Both the position numbers and the translations under genes were made by a program. The notes below the pieces were generated by a model. The model saw only the letters and a program-made list of their open reading frames with translations, was not told the origin of the DNA and searched no databases. Positions 8,276 to 16,276 of a DNA stretch of 32,000 nt are shown here, one piece after another. Source of the DNA: Natronobacillus azotifigens (lineage in GTDB: Bacteria > Bacillota > Bacilli > Bacillales > Amphibacillaceae); assembly GCF_026805325.1 (NCBI RefSeq), contig NZ_JAPRAT010000005.1, positions 83,716-115,715 of the forward strand, read 5' to 3'. Numbering within the stretch: the stretch's first letter is position 1; every line of letters starts with the position of its first letter.

Positions 8276-8837
8276 CAGATTCACCTTCTAACTCTTCACT
8301 GTCATTATCTTCCGTTTGCTTATCTTGAGATATGTTTAAACGAATTGAAAATGATGCTACATATTCATTATCTCCTTGTTGAATCGTATTAACGACAATA
8401 TTTGTAACCATAGGTGACTGATCAAGATTGTGCAAGTAACTAGAAACATCTCTTTCTTCAGAAAATCTTGCAGTTAATTCAACCTCAGCATCATCAGAAT
8501 AATAATAATTCACAAAAGAACCATCGGATGGTAATTGATGCACAAGGGAATCCAAAACCTTAGTTGATGATAACTGTTGTGCTTCGAGCCACGTAACTGT
8601 TTCACCTAAAAGTTGATCTGTTCTATCTGTTGACTGCTCTTGCATTGCAAGGGTCTGCATCTCGACAACCGTTTCAATACTTTTTTCCACTCTCTCGATT
8701 TCTCGATTAAGTGAGTTATAGTAGATAACTCCTGATAAAAATAACAGTAGCCCGACAACAATACTTGTTCCAGCAATACTCAGGATTAGATAGTTTTTTT
8801 TCGGTTTCTCGGGTAGTAAGTTTATTTCAACAAGCAT
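8265..8837 (-). CDS. pilN: Type IV pilus protein PilN-like (fimbrial assembly, bitopic)
   Basis: The N-terminus MLVEINLLPEKPKK (the INLLP motif typical of PilN) is followed by a TM segment. RBS is AAGAGGTG. It starts 4 nt after the pilM stop. Confidence 0.75.
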   Translation of the reverse strand: MLVEINLLPEKPKKNYLILSIAGTSIVVGLLLFLSGVIYYNSLNREIERVEKSIETVVEMQTLAMQEQSTDRTDQLLGETVTWLEAQQLSSTKVLDSLVHQLPSDGSFVNYYYSDDAEVELTARFSEERDVSSYLHNLDQSPMVTNIVVNTIQQGDNEYVASFSIRLNISQDKQTEDNDSEELEGESDES

Positions 8838-8840
8838 GGA

Positions 8841-9806
8841 CTACACCTCTTTTAAACATAGGCTTAAAGGTAGATGAAAATGTTTATGAATACCTATATT
8901 CATCTCATACAAAGCCAGTATGTTTACATCTCTTTGCATTAATTGTTTCTTAATATCCGGGAGCAAGGGATGGTCTCCTGTCAAAAGGATTGTCGTGATG
9001 TCTTTTTCCCCTTTATTTAATGAATATTTATAAAAATTTGAAACACGATCTATTTCTGCTAGTTGCTCATTAATTCTTGTTTCCATTTGGGCTAAATCCT
9101 TACAATTTATTGAAGCGACGTTTTCCTCTGTATGAATAATCCATTCATCATCTATTAAAGGATAAGGTTGTTCTCTCATAAATATTGGTATATTATCGTG
9201 AAAAATACTTAAATTGATCGATGATAAATTATATTCAATTAAAAGATAATGTTCATCTTTTTCTGTTTCTTGGATCCTAGAAAACAATCGAAAAAACGAG
9301 ATGGCTGAAACATCTGCTGCAACAGGTTTTAGTTTGAATTGTTCGAATTTTTTTTCATATTGCTTCACTAGCTTTTCTGGAATAGCAAAAAAAAGAATTT
9401 CTTTTTCCTTTTCACTAGCCTTGGGAAGAATGTGAAAATCAAAATAAGGATCTTCAAATGGAAGATGAATACTTGCCCCAATCTCGAAATTCAAGTAACC
9501 TCTAATTTCTTCATTTTCAAGCTCATCTGGTATAGATAATTTACGAAAAAACAAAAATACATCTGGAACAAGAAACATAACCTGTTTATTTTTCAAATTC
9601 CATTTTCCGACCGATTCCTGAAATATTTGATTGAATTTTACCTCATCTACAATAGTTCCTTTTTCTACAACACCACTAGGTAAAATTGTCTCACCAAAAC
9701 TTTCTACATCTTGGTAACTTGGCCCTTTAGTTGTCACATACCTAATTACATGATCTTTTATCTGAATTGCAGTTGAAGCATTGTTCTTAAGATTTATTGA
9801 AAACAC
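8841..9806 (-). CDS. pilM: Type IV pilus assembly ATPase-fold protein PilM (actin-like)
   Basis: A protein of about 320 aa upstream of pilN in the pil operon. GTG 9806 is preceded by GGAAGGTAGGGGA. The ORF-track start at 9851 is a TTG with no SD and overlaps pilD. The call rests on size and position more than on motifs. Confidence 0.6.
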   Translation of the reverse strand: MFSINLKNNASTAIQIKDHVIRYVTTKGPSYQDVESFGETILPSGVVEKGTIVDEVKFNQIFQESVGKWNLKNKQVMFLVPDVFLFFRKLSIPDELENEEIRGYLNFEIGASIHLPFEDPYFDFHILPKASEKEKEILFFAIPEKLVKQYEKKFEQFKLKPVAADVSAISFFRLFSRIQETEKDEHYLLIEYNLSSINLSIFHDNIPIFMREQPYPLIDDEWIIHTEENVASINCKDLAQMETRINEQLAEIDRVSNFYKYSLNKGEKDITTILLTGDHPLLPDIKKQLMQRDVNILALYEMNIGIHKHFHLPLSLCLKEV

Positions 9807-9825
9807 ACTTTCCCCTACCTTCCAC

Positions 9826-10578
9826 TTAAAATAAACTAAAATACCATTCAATAATGGAACTGTGGAAAAAATAACTGAATAATGCAGCTACAGAAATAAA
9901 TGGTCCAAAGGGAATAGGATTTCCTCGCTTCGTCTTCCCACTAACCATTCCTATTAAACCAACTATTGCACCAACCAAGCTAGCAAAAAATAACGTTAAG
10001 AGAACACCAGTTGTTCCTAATACGATTCCTAACACTCCGAATAATTTTATATCTCCACCACCCATACCACCTTTCGAGACAATTGCCAAGAGCAATAGTA
10101 ACGTAAAACCAACCATAGCTCCTAAAATACTGTCCCACCATGGTGTTAGTGGAGAGAAGATACGTAAACTGATAAAAATTACGAGAAAAAAAATAAGTAC
10201 TGCATCTGGAATAAGCATGGTCCTAAAATCAGATATTGTAATGATTATAAGTAAAGAAACTAAGGATAACGCAACAAATAATTCTACTGACCAACCAATA
10301 GCTAGAGCAGATAGAACAAAAAGAATGGCTGTTAAACATTCAAAAAATAAGTAAGTTGGAGATATTTTTTGTTTGCAATTTCGACACTGTCCTTTTTGAG
10401 ATAAAAAAGAAAGGACAGGAATTAATTCCGTCCATCTTAGTATGTGCTTACAGTTCGGACAATGCGAACGTGGCTTAACGATCGATTCTCCGACTGGCAC
10501 TCGCATTCCAACAACATTATAAAAGGAGCCTAAAATGGCACCTAATACGAATATGTACGCATATAAAAACAGTTCCAT
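9826..10578 (-). CDS. pilD: Prepilin peptidase / N-methyltransferase (PilD/ComC family)
   Basis: It has the paired Cys motifs CPNCKH...CRNCKQ, the GMGGGDIKL aspartyl-protease active-site block, and is polytopic. RBS is AGGAGGG. It occupies the comC position next to folC in the B. subtilis template. Confidence 0.9.
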   Translation of the reverse strand: MELFLYAYIFVLGAILGSFYNVVGMRVPVGESIVKPRSHCPNCKHILRWTELIPVLSFLSQKGQCRNCKQKISPTYLFFECLTAILFVLSALAIGWSVELFVALSLVSLLIIITISDFRTMLIPDAVLIFFLVIFISLRIFSPLTPWWDSILGAMVGFTLLLLLAIVSKGGMGGGDIKLFGVLGIVLGTTGVLLTLFFASLVGAIVGLIGMVSGKTKRGNPIPFGPFISVAALFSYFFHSSIIEWYFSLF

Positions 10579-10617
10579 TTTAGACCCTCCTATTTATAAG
10601 GTGTATACTTCCACTTA

Positions 10618-11040
10618 CTATCTCACGCTCTCTCGATCTAAATTTCGTGACAATTCGTCGTCAATTATAACATTCCCGCTATCATCTTCTAGTGTAACTC
10701 TGTATTCAATATCTGAACCGCTATTTGTAATCGTGACTCTACTATTCGTTAAATGATAACTTTCTCCATTTTCCGGATGATCTACAGGCTCAATGTAATT
10801 TCCATCTAAAAGTGTGTCTAAAGTTACATAAGCTGGTGTATCTGAAGTAGATGTGATGTAAAGTCTTGTTGAATTCACCATTTGTTGTGCATTACCAACG
10901 TGTGCATCTTTCCTTGCATTACCAATTAATCCTCCTACACTTGGGATAGCGATTGCTGCAATAATCCCCAAGATAACTACAACAACAAGTAACTCAATTA
11001 ATGTTAAACCTTTCTGATTCTTTACCATTTTTTTAAACAT
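10618..11040 (-). CDS. pilA: Major type IV pilin (class III signal peptide)
   Basis: ATG 11040 is preceded by AAAGGAGAGG. The leader MFKKMVKNQKG|LTLIELLVVVVILGIIAAIAIP has a Gly(-1), Glu(+5) and a hydrophobic alpha1-N helix. It is 140 aa with no Cys pair. The ORF track extends upstream to 11109 without an RBS. Confidence 0.85.
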   Translation of the reverse strand: MFKKMVKNQKGLTLIELLVVVVILGIIAAIAIPSVGGLIGNARKDAHVGNAQQMVNSTRLYITSTSDTPAYVTLDTLLDGNYIEPVDHPENGESYHLTNSRVTITNSGSDIEYRVTLEDDSGNVIIDDELSRNLDRESVR

Positions 11041-11157
11041 GTGTACCTCTCCTTTGAAATATTTTTTATATTTAAAAGTAGGTTGCACTACTAGCTCGAC
11101 ATGATCCAAGTGCCCAGATAAAGATCATGCTTCATCGCTCCTAAAATACCCATCATT

Positions 11158-12372
11158 CTAAATTTCATTATAAATTTGAAACATTGGTACAATCAGTGAT
11201 ATAACGATAACCCCTACAATCACTGCCAAAACAACGATTAAGATGGGCTCGATTAAAGACTTTAGACGATCTGTTGCATATTCTACTTCTTTTTCATAAA
11301 AATTAGCAATTTTCCCTAACATCGCATCCAAGGAACCTGTCGCCTCTCCAATCGAAATCATTTGAACCACTAATGGAGGGAAGACCCAACTATCTTGCAA
11401 TGGTTCTGTTAATTGTCTACCCTCTTGCAGTGCAGTACGAGAACTTGCTACCGTTTGACTGATTACTTCATTGTCGATAACTTTTTCAGCGATTTTTAAT
11501 GACTGCAAAATAGGAACTGAGCTAGATAGTAGTGAGCTCAAAGTCCTCGTCATCCTGGCTATCGCAGATTTTTGTAATAATACACCGAAAATAGGGATTT
11601 TCAGAACAAAAAAATCAAGATAATATTTTGTTTCTGGTTTTCTTTTAAGTAAGATAATTGCAATAACAATTGAAAGAAAGAAAAGAATGATTAACCACCA
11701 ATAACCTCCTACAAAATCACTTGCGCCCAGCACAAACCTCGTAATAGCAGGTAATTCTCCTCCAACATCCGTTAGCATGGAGGCAAACATCGGAACAACC
11801 GAGGTAAGTAGAAAGATAACTACTGCGATTGCGACAAAAGCAATCACAATAGGATAAGCTAGAGCTGATTTAATCTTTTGTTTTGTCTCATGTTCTTTTT
11901 CAAACTGAACAGCCAATTGATCTAGCGCTTCTTCCAAACCACCACTAGCCTCGCCTGATCGAACCATGTTAATAAAAATAGGAGGAAATATTTTCTTATG
12001 CTTAGCCGCGGCATCAGAGAAAGCACTTCCGGATAAAAGTTCTTCTTCAATACTTTCTAGTGCTCTCATTAATGGTTTGCTACTTGTCTGTTTTGACAAG
12101 ATGTTCGTAGCGTCTACAATGGTCACACCTGACTCCAACAATGTAGAGAATTGTCTTAAGAAAATAACGAAATGTTCCAATTTTACAGGATTTCCAATAA
12201 CGATTTCTTGATTTAAAAAAGATGTCTCTACCTCTTCTAATTGAGCCATTGCTATTCCTTGCTCACGAAGTTTTTCTATTACATGTTTCTTTGACTTCCC
12301 TGTAACGTCGCCTTCTTTTTTCACACCTTGTGCCGTGCGTCCTCGATACTTGTATTGCGGCAAAAAAATCAC
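11158..12372 (-). CDS. pilC: Type IV pilus platform protein PilC (GspF family)
   Basis: 404 aa with a duplicated GspF-type domain and three TM segments. The GTG start overlaps the pilT stop (GTGA); a TTG at 12363 is an alternative start. Confidence 0.9.
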   Translation of the reverse strand: MIFLPQYKYRGRTAQGVKKEGDVTGKSKKHVIEKLREQGIAMAQLEEVETSFLNQEIVIGNPVKLEHFVIFLRQFSTLLESGVTIVDATNILSKQTSSKPLMRALESIEEELLSGSAFSDAAAKHKKIFPPIFINMVRSGEASGGLEEALDQLAVQFEKEHETKQKIKSALAYPIVIAFVAIAVVIFLLTSVVPMFASMLTDVGGELPAITRFVLGASDFVGGYWWLIILFFLSIVIAIILLKRKPETKYYLDFFVLKIPIFGVLLQKSAIARMTRTLSSLLSSSVPILQSLKIAEKVIDNEVISQTVASSRTALQEGRQLTEPLQDSWVFPPLVVQMISIGEATGSLDAMLGKIANFYEKEVEYATDRLKSLIEPILIVVLAVIVGVIVISLIVPMFQIYNEI

Positions 12373-13403
12373 CTCTCTTTCAGATAAGGTCTAGCTTCTG
12401 CATAGTCAATGATGTTTTTTTTCAGAAGTTCTTGGACATTCATTTCTAGTGTGTGCATGCCCTCTGCTTTACTTGTTTGCAACACATTTTCAATTTGATG
12501 AGTTTTTTCATTTCGAATCAAATTGGCAATCGGATAATTATTTACAAGCACTTCCGTAGCAGCATGCCTTCCCTGTTGATGTGTTGTTCTTAATAACCTT
12601 TGGGAAAAAATAGCTACCAAAACAGAGGCTAGTTGAATTCTAATCTGTCCTTGTTGATTTGGCTGAAACACATCGATAATTCGATCTATAGTAGCCGCTG
12701 CACTCGACGTATGCAAAGTGCCTAATACAAGATGGCCTGTTTCTGCCGCTGTAATAGCAGTTGCAATTGTATCAAGATCACGCAATTCTCCGACGAGAAT
12801 AACATCAGGGTCCTGTCTTAACGCAGCTCGAAGGCCTGTACTAAAGCTTTTTGTATCAGCACCTACCTCTCGTTGATCAACAATGCATTGATTATGACGA
12901 TGTAAATACTCAATTGGATCTTCTAAGGTGATGATATGTCTTTTGGTATTTTCGTTCATATGTTTTATCATTGCTGCTAATGTAGTCGACTTCCCGCTTC
13001 CTGTTGGACCAGTAACTAAGACCAACCCTTGCTTCTTTTCGGCAATGCTTTTTAATACACTAGGCATTTGAAGCTCGTCAAGGGTGGGAATAGATATCTG
13101 AATCACTCGTATCGCAATACTTAGATGTGAGCGTTGATAATAAGCATTTAAACGAAATCTTGAAACCCCTGGTATTCCATAAGAAAAATCAACTTCTCTA
13201 TGTGTTTCCAAATGATCTTTCAAGGTATCAGGGAGAACTTCATCTTTCATACGCTCTGTATCTTCTGGTGTTAGTGGTTCGGAACCAAACGTAACTAATT
13301 CTCCATGAATTCTTAGTACAGGAGGTTTCCCTATGGTTAAATGGATATCTGAAGCCTCTAGTTGAATTGCTTCAGTTAATATAGTATTAAGACTTTGAGT
13401 CAT
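12369..13403 (-). CDS. pilT: Type IV pilus retraction ATPase PilT
   Basis: 344 aa with Walker A GPTGSGKSTT, Asp box/Walker B DPDVILVGELRD, His box GHLVLGTLHT and a PilT-type PIANLIRN motif. It has no N-terminal extension. Confidence 0.9.
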   Translation of the reverse strand: MTQSLNTILTEAIQLEASDIHLTIGKPPVLRIHGELVTFGSEPLTPEDTERMKDEVLPDTLKDHLETHREVDFSYGIPGVSRFRLNAYYQRSHLSIAIRVIQISIPTLDELQMPSVLKSIAEKKQGLVLVTGPTGSGKSTTLAAMIKHMNENTKRHIITLEDPIEYLHRHNQCIVDQREVGADTKSFSTGLRAALRQDPDVILVGELRDLDTIATAITAAETGHLVLGTLHTSSAAATIDRIIDVFQPNQQGQIRIQLASVLVAIFSQRLLRTTHQQGRHAATEVLVNNYPIANLIRNEKTHQIENVLQTSKAEGMHTLEMNVQELLKKNIIDYAEARPYLKER

Positions 13404-13411
13404 TATTCCAC

Positions 13412-15082
13412 CTACTTATGAGCTGCTACGCGTAATATTTCTTCCGTAGTTGTTAACCCTCTTTTAACCTTTTCTAAGCCATCATCTATCAGGAAGTTCA
13501 TTCCTTGATCGATAGCATAAGTTTCTAAGTCATTGGATGATTTATCATTCATGATCATTTTTTTGATTTCTTCATCTACGACAAAAACTTCATGAATGGC
13601 TAAACGTCCACGATAACCGGTCATATTACAAGTAGGGCATCCTTTGCCACGATAAACCGTTTCTATTTCCATACCTCTTTGCTTGAAGATATCTCGCTCC
13701 CTTACTGTCGTTTCTTGTTCCTCACGACAATCTCGACATATTCGTCTCACTAATCGTTGAGAAACGATACCTGATAAGGAGGCAGCTAATAAGAATGGTT
13801 CAATTTTCATGTCTAGCAATCTATTAACCGTACTAATCGAATCATTTGTATGAATTGTACTTAATACTAAGTGACCTGTTAGTGATGATCTAACCGCGAT
13901 TTCTGCTGTTTCTGAATCACGAATCTCACCTACCATAATAATATCTGGATCCTGTCTTAAAATGGATCGAAGTCCACTTGCGAAAGTCATTCCAACTTTA
14001 CTATTCACCTGGATTTGATTTATGCCCTCCAACTGATATTCTACTGGATCTTCTACCGTAATAATATTTACTTTATCGGAGTTCAATTTATTTAAACTTG
14101 CATATAATGTAGAAGACTTCCCAGATCCAGTTGGCCCTGTAATTAAGACAATCCCTGTTGGCTGCTCAAGCATTTCATTTAATTGTCGAAAATGTTTTTC
14201 ACTAAAGTCTAATTTATCAAGTTCATTTAATGAGTTCCCTAAGTCTAAAATCCGCATTACTACTTTCTCCCCATAAACCGTTGGCAAAGTAGAAATACGC
14301 AAATCAATCGGATGTCCTTCTACGTTGACCTTTATTCTACCATCCTGAGGAATTCGACTTTCTGTAATGTCTAAACTAGCCATTATCTTTATTCTAGCAA
14401 TTAACATTTTCTGCATTTGCTTTGGTAACGTACGTTCTGTTGTCAAAACTCCATCAATTCGATAGCGAATTAAGACACGCTTTTCTTGTATATCTATATG
14501 AATATCACTTGCTCTTTCTTGAACTGCTCGCAACAATACTTCATCCACCAACTTTATCATTGGTGAATTATTTTCAACAACAAACTCTAATTGATCGGTG
14601 TTACGCTCTTCTTTTTCTTCAATCAGATCTTCAACATCATTTTCTAAATCATAATATTTATTGATCGATCTGATAATATCATCTTTTGTAGCTATTGCTA
14701 CCTCTACTTCAAAACCAGTAGAGAGTCGTATGTCATCAATAGCGAAATAATCCATTGGATCTGCCATCGCAACAAGTAATTTATTTTTTTCAACTTTAAT
14801 CGGCATTAAAAAGTTTCTTTTCGCAACATCTTTTTCAATCAACGATGTCGCTTTTGGATCAATCGGATAGAGATACAGGCTTAGATGAGGGATTCCCAAT
14901 TGAAACTCTAAAACTTCTATTAATTGTTGCTCAGTAATAGCTCCTGATTGAAGAAGTTTATCCCCTAACTTTTGATTTGATTTTTTCTCTTTCAATGCTT
15001 GTGATAATTGTTGCTCTGAAATTAACCCTGATTCTAAAAGTAGGTCTCCTAATCTCTTTCTAGGATTTTTCAATTTGAACAC
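13412..15082 (-). CDS. pilB: Type IV pilus assembly ATPase PilB with an MshEN-type N-terminal domain
   Basis: 556 aa with GPTGSGKSST, DPDIIMVGEIRD, GHLVLSTIHT and the tetra-Cys cluster CRDC...CPTC. The N-terminus carries two RLGxxLLxxG(L/A)IxxxQLxxxL repeats. The true start may be TTG 15073, which has better SD spacing. Confidence 0.92.
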   Translation of the reverse strand: MFKLKNPRKRLGDLLLESGLISEQQLSQALKEKKSNQKLGDKLLQSGAITEQQLIEVLEFQLGIPHLSLYLYPIDPKATSLIEKDVAKRNFLMPIKVEKNKLLVAMADPMDYFAIDDIRLSTGFEVEVAIATKDDIIRSINKYYDLENDVEDLIEEKEERNTDQLEFVVENNSPMIKLVDEVLLRAVQERASDIHIDIQEKRVLIRYRIDGVLTTERTLPKQMQKMLIARIKIMASLDITESRIPQDGRIKVNVEGHPIDLRISTLPTVYGEKVVMRILDLGNSLNELDKLDFSEKHFRQLNEMLEQPTGIVLITGPTGSGKSSTLYASLNKLNSDKVNIITVEDPVEYQLEGINQIQVNSKVGMTFASGLRSILRQDPDIIMVGEIRDSETAEIAVRSSLTGHLVLSTIHTNDSISTVNRLLDMKIEPFLLAASLSGIVSQRLVRRICRDCREEQETTVRERDIFKQRGMEIETVYRGKGCPTCNMTGYRGRLAIHEVFVVDEEIKKMIMNDKSSNDLETYAIDQGMNFLIDDGLEKVKRGLTTTEEILRVAAHK

Positions 15083-15353
15083 CTTCTAACTATGATGGAG
15101 TTGGCTGATTTTTACTAATATCTTGAAATGATAATCATATAAAATTCATACTCAACAAAAACTTCTAAATTTAGGACAATTATCATATTACATTAATCAT
15201 AATATACTATTAGGTAAAAAGTAAATAAAAATTTCAAAATTAAGTAAATAAAAATAGAGATTAGGGTTGTCTAGTACAATACTATCATATAATATAAGGA
15301 TTAAGAAATTATTATTACTTTTAGAGTTTATTTATAGAAAGAGGTTGATAAAA

Positions 15354-15755
15354 TTGATAAAAAGCAACAAGGGATTCACACTTATTGAAACACTTATATC
15401 AATGACAATTTTATCTATTATCATTTTATCCTTGATGGGTTTTTTTTATCAATCTACCAGCATTGAGCATAACAATCACAATCAATTAGTAGCTATTAAC
15501 CTAGCTCAGTCTACGTTAATAAGGTTACAAACGGAAGGATATAACAATATTAATACCATCGGTTCTTATACCTTAACTCCTTGCGAAGATGAAAGTACAA
15601 ACTGTACACCGATTATAAATGGTGATCGTTATACAACAGAAATTGATATTAAAGCTTCAGACGCTGATGTTTCTTTATATGTAGCTACGATATTAATAAC
15701 TAGAGAAAATAGTAATAATACTTTAGCAACCCTGGAGGGGTATATAAAACCATGA
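15354..15755 (+). CDS. Minor (pseudo)pilin with a class III signal peptide
   Basis: TTG 15354 follows AAAGAGG. The leader is MIKSNKG|FTLIETLISMTILSIIILSL. It is the first gene of an operon divergent from pilB. The ORF track begins at 15267. Confidence 0.75.
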   Translation: MIKSNKGFTLIETLISMTILSIIILSLMGFFYQSTSIEHNNHNQLVAINLAQSTLIRLQTEGYNNINTIGSYTLTPCEDESTNCTPIINGDRYTTEIDIKASDADVSLYVATILITRENSNNTLATLEGYIKP

Positions 15756-16270
15756 ATAAGATCATAAATCAAAAAGGAGTTTCTTTAGTTGAATTATTAG
15801 TAACTGTTGTTATTTTTTCGATCATTTCCATTGGAGTCGTATCTGTAATGGTCAATGTTATGAATTACAATACTAGATTATCTCGCGAAGTTCGATTGCG
15901 AGAAGAAGCAGATATCGTGATGGCAAACTTCTTGAATTATATTTATACATCAAATAGTATTACTAATGGACCAAGTGAGAATATCATCGAAGTACGTATA
16001 AATGAGACAGAGCGTGTTTTACTTGGTTTTACTCCAGAAGGTAAAGCTGGTATTAGTCAAATTTTTCATCCAGAAGATCCAACCCCAACAGATATTATAC
16101 CAATCCACAACACTCAATATCTTTTTACCGATACAGTTAGTGGCAAGGAGTCTACCATTACAACAATCGGTAACACAGTTTATGTAGATTTATATATTCA
16201 TGATCAACGGCAAGAAGGAATGGAAGGAATACAGCTACAAAGTCGAATTAATTTTATGAGGGGGGACTGA
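15752..16270 (+). CDS. Minor pilin (PilW/PilV-like) with a class III signal peptide
   Basis: The leader is MNKIINQKG|VSLVELLVTVVIFSII, with Glu+5. Its start overlaps the upstream stop (ATGA), suggesting translational coupling. Confidence 0.75.
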   Translation: MNKIINQKGVSLVELLVTVVIFSIISIGVVSVMVNVMNYNTRLSREVRLREEADIVMANFLNYIYTSNSITNGPSENIIEVRINETERVLLGFTPEGKAGISQIFHPEDPTPTDIIPIHNTQYLFTDTVSGKESTITTIGNTVYVDLYIHDQRQEGMEGIQLQSRINFMRGD

Positions 16271-16276
16271 TGGAAC

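Noticed and set aside
10579-15353. c-di-GMP riboswitch (GEMM-I/II) upstream of pilA or pilB, as seen in some clostridial pilus loci
   Set aside because: The pilC-pilA spacer (11041-11157) contains only a simple 7-bp hairpin (CATGATC/GATCATG). The pilB upstream region is AT-rich without the GC-rich conserved GEMM cores. No convincing match was seen by eye; a cmsearch would be needed to exclude it fully.
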